Position numbers and translations under genes: made by a program
Shown: positions 12,687 to 27,159 of the stretch, piece after piece
Numbering within the stretch: the stretch's first letter is position 1
Layout of the letters: each line of letters opens with the position of its first letter
Assembly: GCA_965153355.1 (NCBI GenBank)
Contig: OZ231126.1
Coordinates: 19,220,001-19,284,000, forward strand
Reading direction: 5' to 3'
DNA from: Flaccisagitta enflata
Lineage: Eukaryota
Length of the DNA: 64,000 nt
Notes under the pieces: generated by a model
What the model was told of the DNA's origin: nothing
Seen by the model: only the letters and a program-made list of their open reading frames with translations
Database searches by the model: none

Positions 12687-13662
12687 CAGAGTCTTCAATT
12701 GCAATTGATTTATTCTAAATTGGTGGTGTGCCTCTCATAGTCAACATTATGATTATTATTTTTTTTCCTCTTATTGCATATTGTTTGACGTTTTTTGTAT
12801 CAAAATTTAAAGGGTTTTTGTCAAATAGTTTGTCTGTAACAACAATTTGAAGTAGTTCAGGTATTCATGGTTATAACTGAAAAAAAAAAATTTCATGACA
12901 TCTTTTTTTCAAACTGCCGTCATTTCTAAATCATTTGAGCTACAGAAGCCTAATTGGTCTAAAATGAAAGATAATTTCTTGTTCTTATTGGTGACATGTC
13001 AGTCTGTCAGTTAGCTCGTCCACATGTCCTTTTGTTGGTTCATCTGACCACTGCTTGTCCAGCCATTCCATGAACTCTTTTGGCACAGGCAAGACATCGC
13101 TGCCCCAATGCCCCAACAAGTAAAAAAGCCCTCGTGCCACTGCTCCTGCTCTCTTGCACTCATATGAGACTGAGAATGAGTCTGGGAGTGATGTGTCTAT
13201 GCCTTGTTCAAACTACTTGAGATGGAACAATGTTTTGATATCATGATTCCATGTGATGACTTTGAAATCAATTTTTTACACAATGTTTTCCAAACCGACA
13301 AATTTCCTTATCGTTTGTATATGATGACTGGCAATCCATATTTCATTTTTTTACCTCTTTAAAGTAGATTGAATTATGTTTCATTTGAGACCAATGAGTC
13401 ATCTTTAGCTCTAACCAATTAAAATGAGAGCAAATTGAAAAAAATATCAAAACAAAAAACGATTTTTTTTCAGTCACAACCATGAGTACCTGATATACTT
13501 CAAATTGTTATTACAGACAAACTATTTGACAAAAACCCTTGAAATTTTGATACAAAAAACGTCAAACAATATGCTACAAGAGGAAAAAAGAAGAAATCAT
13601 TATATTGACTATGAGAGGCACACCATCAATTTAGAATAAATCAGTTGTAATTGAAGACCCTG
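12687..13662. mobile_element. TA-flanked element with long (~280 bp) TIRs
   Basis: TA|cagagtcttcaattgcaattgatttattctaaattg... is mirrored by ...caatttagaataaatcagttgtaattgaagaccctg|TA. Confidence 0.8.
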
Positions 13663-14089
13663 TATTCTCCCCCCCCCCCTTCTCGTGATCCGTTCCATCA
13701 CTCCCGTTTCCACCGCTATTCCGAGTTTCCATCGTCCATCAGCAGGTGGCCAAAGTTTCCTCTTCACTCTTTTGACGCCTTTTTTTTCCTCTCAACTTCC
13801 GCCGTTTTTTAAAAGAGAAAGAAAAGAAAGAAACGAAGAGAGAAAAAGAGAAAGAGACTTTCCTCCTTTTTTCCGTTTTTCCTTTTTTTTCGTCTCGTTC
13901 TTTCGTCTGTTTTTTTCTTCTATCGATTCTTTTTCTCTGTATCCTTGGTTCATTTATTGTTCCATCCTTTTTTTACTTTTGCTGGCCTTTTGTTTCCACT
14001 TGACAGGTCATCTCCCTTTTCATTGCGAGATGTCGCACAAGATATTGCCGGTGGAATTGAGGAGAGAGAAACAGTTCGCTGCGAAAGAA

Positions 14090-14715
<626 letters not shown>

Positions 14716-15458
14716 CTCGAACGAAAGAAGTATTGTTCAAATGAAAGAGTTTCGAATTTCAGTCACTCTTCAACCGCAGAAAATCTTCGTGGAAACGGAT
14801 TACAATGGCATGAACAATTTCTGCTGTTGTAATTTGATGCATGTTACTACGTGACGGATAAGAGATGCCTCGAATAACCTTGCAAATGAATTGTCTCGCA
14901 ATTCGCCAATTATATTGTATTGCAGCTTCATTGTAATGTGTTGCGCTGTAACCTTGGAGCATAAAACTTGATAGGAGGTATGACTGCGAGACAGAATTGT
15001 TGTGCTCTTCAACCATCACTCGATGGTCAGTCCGTCAAGTGAAGGAATTTCCAAGTCGCGTTGTAGAGTAGAAAAGATACGTTGGAGTAGCGAAAGGAAT
15101 GAGGTACGGTCATCTGAACATCATCTAATGATCAACTTTAGTTACAGTTCAGATTTAGATATACCTACCTACCGGAGATTTGGTAAATGGTCAAATATCT
15201 GTCATCGATTGCAACGAGAATTCTTGAACGCTTAGCCTCTTACGCCTTTACGGCATTCGTTTGAAAAGGAAACAAGCGCATCAAATAAAAATCTTCCAAA
15301 ATGATATATTTACAATATCTTTCAAAAAATAATCAACCATAAAGCGTCTCTTTATAATATAATGTTCCCATTTAAGTGTGGCTTCGTAAAGTGCGTCAGT
15401 CGGACAATCATGTGGCATGCAAACTACTGGTAGTCCGTTTGCTTTTTAGCAAAACCCC

Positions 15459-16065
15459 CCCTGTCCTCTGAACGTGAATTCAGGTGAAAAGTCACAGTAC
15501 AGTAGGTTTTTCGGCTGATTGAGACAGTTTGAGGGTTCACCTTTTTAAAAATCATATTCATGAAATCTTGTCAAGGGCCCTTTTTGAAAAAAATGAAAAT
15601 TAGAAAATTTTTAGGCTCCTTTTGCATGAAGATTCTACTGACTTATCCTGACCTCATTTTTGTCAGCTGATTTGCATTCCTGATGAAATTTTTTTTCATT
15701 TGATAGGTCGCAATGCATACTTTCAAGAAAGACAATTTCATTATTTGAGCCACTGTTGCATTTTCGCAACGGTAGCTCAAAATATTACAATTTTAATCCT
15801 TTGAATAACTATATAGTGCGACCTATCTAATGAAAGGAAATAACATCAGGAGTACAAATTTGATGATGAAAAACAGTTTTAGACATATTTGTGGAATCTT
15901 CATGCAAAATGAGCTTGAAATTCTTCTTATTTTCATTTTTCTCAAAAAGCGCCCTTTACAAGATTTTATGAGTGTAAGTTCTAGTGAAGTTTCAAACTAT
16001 GTCAAACTGCAGAGAAACCTACTGTACCGTGTCTTTTCACCGGAACTCTCGTTGAGAGGACAGTG
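15459..16065. mobile_element. Foldback MITE, possibly Transib-like
   Basis: ctgtcctctgaacgtgaattcaggtgaaaag is mirrored by cttttcaccggaactctcgttgagaggacagtg, and the symmetry runs to the centre (~15760). The right terminus reads CAC. Flanks ACCCC/CCCCC are an imperfect 5-bp TSD. Confidence 0.65.
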
Positions 16066-16444
16066 CCCCCTGTTCGGTGTCCAAATACTGGCCGTGCCGT
16101 AGGTTCGTCTCATTCCCTCGATCAGTCTCTGCAAAGCGATTACTTCATCGCGTGTGTGGCATCTGATTGGTCTTGATCATCAGCCAGTTATCAGTATCAC
16201 GTGGAGATCCCCTCAAATTGTCATTCATCTCTTAGCGTTTAAAAAGAGCGCCACGTTGTTATTAAATATCGCGCTTTACCAACTTTTTCTCTCTATATGA
16301 CTCTTTTAATTCTGCCTTTGGTCTGAATCAATTAAATACACAATTAAATGAGGATTATTAAAACTCTCTTCCCTGCTTTTGTATTTCCGACTCGTGTACT
16401 TCTGACATGTCTTTTTTGTTTGATAACACGCCGCTTATTATTCT

Positions 16445-16531
<87 letters not shown>

Positions 16532-16637
16532 CCTTCATTTGGCACTATTTTTCGGCATCAATGAGCTAAAAGTGCGACCAAACCATGATCAAACAACGTA
16601 ATTATTAAAATTAGCTTTTCTTATGAAATGACCCATT

Positions 16638-16696
<59 letters not shown>

Positions 16697-17033
16697 ATGA
16701 ATATTTTCCTACCATTGGCCAATTAACAGATCAAGAGAATAAAAGGGGAAGAAGAAGATAAAGAGCGTTGGTTTAATAATAATCTCTTGTTTTTGAAAAG
16801 AGGGACAGGAAGAAAAAGAAAGAGAAGCCTAAATGGCCCTTCAATCATGTACATAAAGAGAGAGAGAGAGAGAAAAGCGGGAGACGGCGGTGTTTATGTG
16901 AAACATATTTAAATTCTCTTCAAACTGATTTTTACAATAAGAGACGCGTGGCTCTTGTGGCTTGCTTTTCTCGTAATTAGAATGCGAAAAACACCGACAG
17001 TCATTCTCGCAATTATGCAATTATTCAATTATA

Positions 17034-17124
<91 letters not shown>

Positions 17125-18429
17125 TCCGCTTTTCACACGCATCATTAGCGTCTAACTGCGCTCAATTCAGCAACAGGTAAACGAATAAAACGCTTCCGTT
17201 CCTTGACAAAGATTATCATTTTGTCACAGCTTTTCACCCTTTTGAAGAAGACTCGTTTTAAGCGAAATTGTTTTGTGTTTCTATTTTGAAGTGGATGTGA
17301 AATTACACGGTCTGCATTTTTTTTCCGATATGGTTTTGTCAATTTCTATTTTCAAAATTTTTCCAACACTTGCAATTGTAATTCTCTTTCATACTTTTCC
17401 CCATCGCATGTCGGTTACTTTTCTACTCTTCTTTCATGGCAACACGGATCAGCTAGTAGGTCAGCTAAATGCTATGACCACTGCTCACTGCCATGACCAG
17501 TGCCACGTCCTCTAAACTGGTTTACAGTGATAGGATACCACGGTTCATCTCAGGTGGACCCTCGCTTTCACGCACTTGGCAGGTAGATAATTTGAGCACC
17601 TGCTACAGAATTTTTATTGACCCTCGCTGCAGTCGGGTGTGTCAATGTTCAAAAGTTTTTTTGATCAGATAGTCATCATCAGGGATTGTTGGGACATTAA
17701 TTTTAAGCTACTTACTATTTTTCTTTTTTCCAAATTTCATTGATCTTCCGTTTTTTTCAAGATCCCCATTTAGCCCTTAATTTGTATATTGAAGTGCAGC
17801 TGGTTTTGCACCTGGATGATTGATGACACAAAAAGGATCAAAACACATTGGTCCTTTTATATTTTATACTTTAAAAATTAAATCAAAATCTTCTGCTTTT
17901 ATACGAGATGATTTTATAATAGGAAAAACATACATTTTAAAATGATTTATTAGTCTCATTTTCAACAAAACTGGGTGCAGTCGCTAAAAGCATATATATT
18001 TTTGACAATCTTTACATGCGCTAAAAAAACGGAAGATAATTGACATTAAAAAAAATAAAAACGGTAAGTGTCCTATAATTAGTATCTTCATACTCCCTGA
18101 TAATGATGAGCTGATCCAAAGACCTTTTGCATATTGACACACCCGATCGCTGCAGTTCCACTGTTTATGTTTCTTCATTTTCATCAGATCATGGGTTGTT
18201 CATTTTTTATATCTATTTGAATCTTTCTCGGGAAAGCTGAATTCTCTGCGTTCATAGACCTCATTGGAGTTGACTTACGTGCAGAGAAAGATTCGAATCT
18301 GCGATGAAATGGAACGCCCAGAGCCCAGATAGCCAAGAGTGGATAATTACTTAGCATTGGAGGACTTAAAAAGGTTTCTTTATAGTTTTCAGTTATCCAA
18401 AAGGGGTTCTTAATCTCTCTTACCTTTTG

Positions 18430-18487
<58 letters not shown>

Positions 18488-19001
18488 TGTATTGATCATT
18501 CCCTATTAATTACCATAATTGGATTTTACACGCTCGTGACTTTGTTTGAGATGATTTTAAACAATGATTGCTTAAGAAGTTGTTGAGTTAAGTCTTGAGT
18601 TTTGAGTCTTGAGTCTTTAGATGTTGACCATGATTCAACTTGAAAATGCTAAAAACTGATTTGTATGAAGAAATTGATATTTAGACGCGCTATTGACTTT
18701 CTCCATCACTGCCCCTGCCCATCCACACGCCACCGGGGTAGCGGTGTATCGTATTGTTTGTTTTTTTTGTTTGGATGATGGAACATCTGACTTGGTCAGA
18801 TTTCTAACCTTATGGGCAAACTGGCATATAATCTCGCTTTGTATCACTTGGACTCATTGTCCAATTGTATAATTATACTCAATTCTTAGCTAGTCAAAAT
18901 GTATCCTTTGTATGTAAGTATGTCCTTGCAAACACACAAATGACCAAGCATGGGCCTCATTTCCTATGCTTGTCATCTGCTGCACCACTCGTGATCTCTT
19001 G

Positions 19002-19415
19002 TTTTTAGTCGCGTGCCACGCGACTCTACACCCCGCTTTGTCGGTCCGTTGGTCCGTCAATCTGTCCGTCCGTCACACTTTACTTTTTTTTGGTTTTTGC
19101 AATCTTTGGCCTTATGGCTCCTACCCAAATGATCAAGTGACCTCAAATATGGCCCCTGCCCACCCGCACGCGACTGAGGTAGCCGTGTACCCGGCCTTTT
19201 TAGTCACGTGCACGCGACTCTATGACCCACTCTGTCCGTCTGTCGGTCAGTCCGTCCGTCGGTCACACTTAGGTCACACTTAGCTTTCGTTAGCTTTTTC
19301 GGCGTTACGGGCGGTTTTTGCGTTACTGCTCCTGCCCAAATGCTTGGGTAAGACTTCATCACCACTGCCCCTGCCCACCCGCACGCGACTTCGGCTCGTG
19401 TATACGGCCTTGTTT
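19002..19415 (+). mobile_element. Two head-to-tail family A HINE-like elements (19002-19196 and 19197-19415)
   Basis: Each has the ttttagtcrcgtgc..cgcgact start, a GTCY tract, cccctgcccacccgcacgcgact and a 3' gcc..ggcc hairpin. Confidence 0.8.
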
Positions 19416-19489
19416 CTACAATTTCCTTCTTTGTTATTAAATAATACAGATAACAGAATACCAGTCAGCAGATTTTTGATAAATAGTTT

Positions 19490-19605
19490 GCTTTCTGTTT
19501 CTTTGTTTCTTTTTTTCTTTTTTTCTTTGTTTCTTTGTTTCTTTGTTTCTTTGTTTCTTTGTTTCTTTGTTTCTTTGTTTCTTTGTTTCTTTGTTTCTTT
19601 GTTTG

Positions 19606-19636
<31 letters not shown>

Positions 19637-19721
19637 GTTTCTTTCTTTCTTTCAATCTTTCAATCTTTCAATCTTTCTTTATTTCTGCTTCCGTGTTCCT
19701 CTCTTTCGTTCTTTCGTTCTC

Positions 19722-19760
<39 letters not shown>

Positions 19761-19829
19761 CTCTTCCAATATTTCATTTTTTTTTTATCTTTTTTCTCTC
19801 ATTCTCTCTTTCTCTCCTCTCCTCTTGTT

Positions 19830-19925
<96 letters not shown>

Positions 19926-20045
19926 TGTTTCTTTTTTTCTTTGTTTCTTTGTTTATTTGTTTCTTTGTTTCTTTGTTTCTTTGTTTCTTTGTTTCTTTCT
20001 TTTTTTTTCTCCTTTGTAATTTCTCTCTTTCTTTCTCTTTTCCTT
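19490..20045. repeat. (TTTC)n and (TTTGTTTC)n simple repeats
   Basis: Directly visible. Confidence 0.9.
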
Positions 20046-20185
20046 TATTTCGTTGTTTGATTGTTTCCTAGTTTTTTTCTAGCAAACTTGTCTGATTATT
20101 TTTTTTCTTTCTCTCTCGTATCGTCGATATGCCTGGACCATGAAAGCCCTCGAGGCCTCAAACCGGCTCTGTAGCCTCAGGGCGC

Positions 20186-20592
<407 letters not shown>

Positions 20593-20653
20593 AACCACAC
20601 ACAATTGATCCCATTGAAATATTTAAAGGAAAGGAAGAATGAAGAAAGAAGTA

Positions 20654-20829
20654 CAGTGGAGCTCCACTAGAGCCCACGCGCTTTTAGGGCATGTCCGCCT
20701 ATAAGGCAAAGCACTTGCTGTCCCAAAAGATATTTTGTAATTATTCATATATTGGCTATAAGGCAGCTTCACTTCATGGTAATTATGATTTGGCTTAGTC
20801 CCTTGACATGCTTTAGTGAAGCTCTACTG
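20654..20829. mobile_element. Short CAGT-terminated MITE (pogo/Tigger-like)
   Basis: TA|cagtggagctccacta ... tagtgaagctctactg. The right TA is not intact. Confidence 0.55.
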
Positions 20830-21915
20830 AAATTGTAGAAACGACAATTTAATGTGAAATCAATTGTTTTTCATTCCATTTTTTACTTTTTGTGGGGTGG
20901 ATAGTGTAAACAAAATTTCAGTAAAAACCTTTTTTTCTTTGCTTTGCTTATGTGAAATGCTGATTTCAAGGTTCTTTAGAGGTCAGCATATGACAAAGAC
21001 ATACACACAGTGTGTTTCTGGGGACAATTTGCCCCTTGAAAATATTTTTGGCATCATTATTATTCAACTATAGTTGAAAAAATGTGGCGAAACACTAAAT
21101 GTGGCATCAAATGCTCGCCGTCTTAGGTGACGTCAAAAATCAGAGATATAGCCATATTCATGTGGAAAACTATGTTTTTTTGAGTAAATAATCATGTTTC
21201 CTTGCATTTCAGCAAAAAAAATTAGTTCTTGATCTCAAATCAGAAATTTTCTAGCCTAAAAACCTATGTATTGATATCTGGCCTTGTTGGACTCTTCAGC
21301 ACCCTACTATTTATCTAATTGCTGCTGTTAAAATTATAAGACCCTCAAATGCAGAGGAATTTTGCATTTTCAAAAACATAGCCGCCTCTGTAATCAATTT
21401 TGGGAGGCGGCTATGTTCTTCATTTTTGTATTTTTTCATTTTCTATGCAAAGTTATAATTTTAACAAGCCTCCTATCAGTGAACAAATATAAAATTCTGG
21501 AAATTTTTAAGTGAATATTTTAAGTTGATGGTATCAATACTTACTCTTTTGTCCAATTTGAATGCAAATTTTGCAATTAAATATTTACTATGATATACTA
21601 CAATTATTTTCTCAATGTCATTTTTTATTTCTATTCTCATGAAAATTTCTATTTTGACCCCTGTTGACACACTAAATCTTGCCTTCAGATGCTCGCCGTC
21701 CTAAGTAAAAACGCGATATTTCAAGAGGGTCACATATGGTACTAGTGCCATAGCTGCAGCAAAAACTGGTCATAGGATTAGCTTCCCCCTTGTCCAATTT
21801 GATCACAATGGTGGTACAAGTTGATAAGGGGCTTTGGAGAAACATCCTTGCTGCCTAACTGATATAAAGACTTCAAACCTAAAACTCAACACTATTTTCT
21901 TGTAATTTCTTGTTA

Positions 21916-22491
21916 ACTATGGCAAAGAAAAAAAGTGAACACTTTGTTTTGCTAATTTCTGCTTAACTATGGGCCTGAACCATAGAAAATCCATGACCGT
22001 TTTAAAGCTCTGCAAAAAATCTTCCAAATGCGACATTGCTGGTCATTGTAGCTTTAATCGTTTAGAAATGGCAATGGTTTGAAGAAAATGCTTATTTCAA
22101 TTCTTTTTCAATAACGAATTTTAGTCTTTCTGTTTTTGTCAATTATGCAGCTCAGGATTATCGTAGCTACTCGTTATCCATGAGCAAATTAAAGAGCTTC
22201 AAATTTTCTTTAAAATGGCGGCAAGAACGAATTAATAACTCCATGCCTTTAATTTTTATGTTAGAATAAAGATAACCCATGAAAATGGTGTAGTGAATTT
22301 CCAAATTCTTGACCACCTGTCTTCATTCTAATGCCATTTCTAAATGGATAGAGCTAGAACATCCAGCAAGGTCTCAATTGAAAGATCTTTCGCAGATCTT
22401 TAAAATGGTCATAGATTTTGCTTTGTTTTTCTCATTGCTTGGATGAGAAACATTGACAAACAAGTTGTTCGCTTTTTTATTTTGCCATAGT
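21916..22491. mobile_element. TA-flanked MITE with an empty-site paralogue in the window
   Basis: TIR actatggcaaa / tttgccatagt. The duplicate sequence near 25130-25143 reads cttgttatagagcc without the insert. Confidence 0.85.
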
Positions 22492-23203
22492 TATAGAGCC
22501 GTTAACCTAAGATGATGAAAAAATTACAAGTTTGTAGGTTAAAACACAATTTTTTGCCTTTATCAGTTACCTCTGACATTTATCTTCCAATTGGACTTCT
22601 TTGCACCACCCTGCTGGAAAAAGGGTTGTCATTTTGTTTGACCGACAATGCTCTAATCTATCGTTTGAAACCGCCTCTGCGCCGATGGCTATAGACAGCA
22701 GTCTTAATAGAGCAAAAATTTTGTAGATAGGCAAAATGTCTTAATTTAGGCTATTTATATTATGGAATCTGGGAAAGGAAGTGTCTTTTATCCACTTATG
22801 ACAAATTTGCCACCTTATTTGATGTTTTGAGGCCTTTTAGGGGTCATCTAATGAGTCAAAACAGGCCTACTTTGAGGCAATTTTGACATCGAGGGCTAGA
22901 CGGGGCATCAACTTTGGTGATTTGCTACTCACAAACCAGAGCAAGAAGTTGTTATTTTCCTTGCTTAGGTGAAAGAGCAGACACAGAGCTTTCAAACAAG
23001 CCCTAATTTGTTAATTTTACTAATTTCCATCCCAAAAAAATTCCAATACCAAGTTATGATAATTAGGGTTTCTCTTATAAGGGTGCTGAAGAGTCCAACA
23101 AGGGCAGATATCATTACATAGGTTTTAGGCTAGAAAATTTCTGATTTGAGATCAAGGACTAATTTTTTTTGCTGAAATGCAAGGAAACATGATTATTTAC
23201 TCA

Positions 23204-24873
23204 AAACAAGGCCAACACCTATAAGTCGCGTGCGAGACAAAAATAACTGAACTGACCTGACTACTTATTGAATCTTTTTATCGAAAATCAGACTTAAACC
23301 AGACCCAAACCAGACCCAAACCAGACCCAAACCAGACCCAAACCAGACCAAAACCAGACTCAAACCAGACCAAAACCAGACTCAAACCAGACTCAAACCA
23401 GACTCAAACCAGACTCAAACCAGAATTAAACCAGAATTAAACCAGACCTAAACCAGACCAAAACCAGACCTAAACCATACTTGAACCAGACATAAACCAG
23501 ACATAAGACAGACATAAAACAGCGTAAACCAGACCTTAACCAGACCTAAACCAGACATAAATCAGACATGAACCAGACTTAAACCAGACTCAAGCCAGAC
23601 TCAAACCAGACCTAAACCAGACTCAAACCAGACTCAAACCAGACTCAAACTAGACTTCAACCAGACTTAAACCAGACTAAAAACAGAGTTAAACCAGACT
23701 TAAACCAGACTTAAACCAGACCCAAACCAGTAGACCCAAACCAGCAGACTTAAACCAGCAGACTTAGACCAGCAGACTTAAACCAGCAGACTTAAACCAG
23801 CAGACTTTAACCAGCAGACTTAAACCAGTAGACTTAAACCAGCAGACTTAAACCAGCAAACCTCAACCAGCAGACTTAAATCAGCAGACTTAAACAAGCA
23901 GACTTTAACCAGCAGACTTAAACCAGCAGACTTAAACCAGAAGACATAAACCAGCAGACTTAAACCAGCAGACCTGAACCAGCGGACTTAAACCAGCAGA
24001 CTTAAACCAGCAGACTTAAACCAGCAGACTTAAACCAGCCAACTTAAACCAGCCAACTTAAACCAGCCAACTTAAACCAGCCAACTTAAACCAGCCAACT
24101 TAAACCAGCCAACTTAAACCAGCCAACTTAAACAAGCCAACTTAAACCAGCCAGCCAACTTAAACCAGCCGACTTAAACCAGTCGTCCTAAACCAGCCAA
24201 CTTAAACCAGCCAACTTAAACCAGCCAACTTAAACCAGCCAACTTAAACCTGCTGACTTAAACCAGCAGACCTAAACTAGCAGACCTTAATCAGCAGACT
24301 TAAACTAGCGGACTTAAACCAGCGGACTTAAACCAAAAATGATTAAAAGCAACCAAAAATGACCAAAAGCAACCAAAAATGACCAAAAACAACAAAAAAA
24401 TGACTCAGAATAACTCCGGACGACCCAAATTGACCAAAAACGACGCAAAAAAGCAAAGTGTTACTAAAAACTACAAAACCCAAAAAATAACTTAGTGACT
24501 TAGAATGACTTAGAATGACTTAGAATGACTTGTAATGACTTAGAATGACTTAAAATAACTTAGAATGACTAAGAATGACTTAAAATGACTTATAATAACA
24601 TAAAATGACAAAAATGACAAAAATGACAAAAAATGACGAAATGACTTAAGTGACTAAAATTAACTGAAAATGACTGGAAATGACTTAAAATAACTGACTT
24701 AAAATGACTTAAAATGACGTAAAATACCCTAAAATGTCGTAAAACGACGAAAAAAAGCTAAGTGTTACGGACGGACGGACGGACGGACGGACGGACGGAC
24801 GGACGGACGGACGGACGGACGGACGGACCGACCGACAGAGCGGGTTATAGAGTCGCGTGCACGCGACTAAAAA
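23204..24873 (-). mobile_element. Satellite-carrying HINE-like element, family A, copy 2
   Basis: Same ends and same 11-bp and 14-bp arrays as 10199-11901, with a short aaaaatgacc tier, an extra tagaatgact array and a long (GGAC)n tract. Confidence 0.85.
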
Positions 24874-25876
24874 CATAGTTTTCCACATGAATATGGCTAT
24901 ATCTCTGATTTTTGACGTCACCTAAGTAAAAATGCGATATTTCAAGAGGGTCACATATGGTACTAGTGCCATAGCTGCAGCAAAAACTGGTCATAAGATT
25001 AGCTTCCCCCTTGTCCAATTTGCTCACAATGGTGGTACAAGTTGATAAGGGGCTTTGGAGAAACATCCTTGCTGCCTAACTGATATGAAGGCTTCAAACC
25101 TAAAACTCAACACTATTTTCTTGTAATTTCTTGTTATAGAGCCGTTAACCTAAGATGATAAAAAAATTACAAGTTTGTAGGTTGAAACACAATTTTTTGC
25201 CTTGATCAGTTACCTATGACATTTATCTTCCAATTGGACTTCTTTGCACCACCCTGCTGGAAAAAGGGTTGTCATTTTGTTTGAAACAGCCTCTGCGCCG
25301 ATGGCTATAGACAGCAGTCAGTATTAGAGTAAAAAGTGGTAAATTTTGGGGTTCTGATAACAATCTAAAAAATCGCTCTGATGAGAAAATATGAAATCAT
25401 TTATATTCCACTAATTCCAACACTTAAAACACTTAAAACAACTTTCAATGGAAAACTTCATTCAGCCAAGCTGGCTGGGGGTGGGGGTGCTGAAACTTTT
25501 GGCGACTCATCAAATATTTTGCGTTTATGTGTAAGTTTATGCGTAAGAGGGGAAAGAAAGAAAGAAAGAACTAGATGAAGGAGGAGGAAAGATAGACGGA
25601 GAAAATCAATCTAATCCTAAATCTAAAGGTATGTTGGCAGAAAGACAGACAAGGTCCAAGAACGAGCAGGTCATATTTCTGCCAGGTAACACCTACATCT
25701 CTCTGGAGCCCCGAAAGTTATGGCTCTTTTTTTCTATCTTTCCGCCGTTTCATTCCCTCTCTCAATGTTTCTCTCACATTTTCTGTCTCGCTGGTTTTTT
25801 GTTAGTTTGTCTCGATTTGTATCCACGTTTCTCAGCTTCTCTCTCATTCCCAGTCTTTCTGTTTCTCTGTCAGTTC

Positions 25877-25907
<31 letters not shown>

Positions 25908-25956
25908 GTCTCTCTGTCTATCTGTCTCTCTGTCTCTGTGTATGTCTGTCTGTCTG

Positions 25957-26016
<60 letters not shown>

Positions 26017-26360
26017 ACTTTTGTCGCGCATTCCCGTCGTCAAGAACCGGTCCATCCTGTCTTCAGCGGAGTCATGATCTTGGCTTGGGCTTTTCCTTTA
26101 TTTTTTGCTTACAGGTTGTGAGATTTATTGCCTCAAGAAGTTTCGATTTCTGATCTCAGCTCGTAATAAATTCTCTTATGCTCCTCTTCCTCGAGGATAG
26201 AAAACTTTCCTTTTTTTCCTTTCTTTTTTTTCTTTTCTTTTCTTTCTTTTCTTTTTTCTTTTCTTTTGTTTTTTTTTATCTTTTCTACAAAGATGCGCAG
26301 GAGAGCGAATAAAGGAATTTTGTCGAAATAAAACGACTCAAAATGAAACTTTAGGAGAGC

Positions 26361-26442
<82 letters not shown>

Positions 26443-26520
26443 TTCAGGGACAGACGATTAGAATAAACTTAAGTTAGTCAGTATGACAGAAATAACGCAA
26501 GAAAGATAGGCAGATACAAA

Positions 26521-26554
<34 letters not shown>

Positions 26555-27159
26555 AAAAAAGAAAGAGAGAAAGAAAGAAAGTCAGACAGAATTCACAGAA
26601 AGATTGAAAGAAAGTCAGACAGAAAGTGCAGGAATAAGGAGGAAAGAAGAAAAAAGAAAACCCAAAAGAATGAAATATTGAAAGAGAAAAATGTTTATTG
26701 ACAGTGTTAAACTTAAAGAACCTGTAGGAAAAACAAGTGAATGAAAAAAAATATTCAACAGCCTCGCGCATCACTGTTTTTATTTACACAATGTGACACA
26801 TGGCAGGCCCAAACAAACAAACTAGTGATTTCAAAAGAACCTTTAAATGGCAATTATTGCTCGATAAATGAGGTAACCGCGCTCAATCACCACGGAGAAG
26901 TTGGACATTATTAACGAACTCTTTGGAATGGTCCGCATTGAGGAGGAATTGGAGGAAGAGAAGAAGAAAAAGGCTGAGGATAAGGAGGAGGAGGAGGAGG
27001 AGGAGGAGGAGAAGGAGGAGGACGGAAACTTAATCCATTTCTTTTCGTTGGTTCTCGGAGGAGGACGGAAACTTAATCCATTTCTTTTCGTTGGTTCTCG
27101 CTCAGTGAACCGGATCGTCAAAACTTACCATCCTTTTTCCTTTGCCATCCCTTAACCCG

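Larger units (their letters stand above)
21126..24922. mobile_element. Composite element bounded by ~180-bp inverted repeats; right repeat interrupted by a HINE
   Basis: 21126-21305 is the reverse complement of 23080-23205 plus 24869-24922. TA flanks both sides. Confidence 0.7.

Noticed and set aside
15016-15240. Possible two small minus-strand exons around a ~59-nt GT-AG intron
   Set aside because: An in-frame stop lies immediately upstream, the acceptor is weak, and I recognise no homology.
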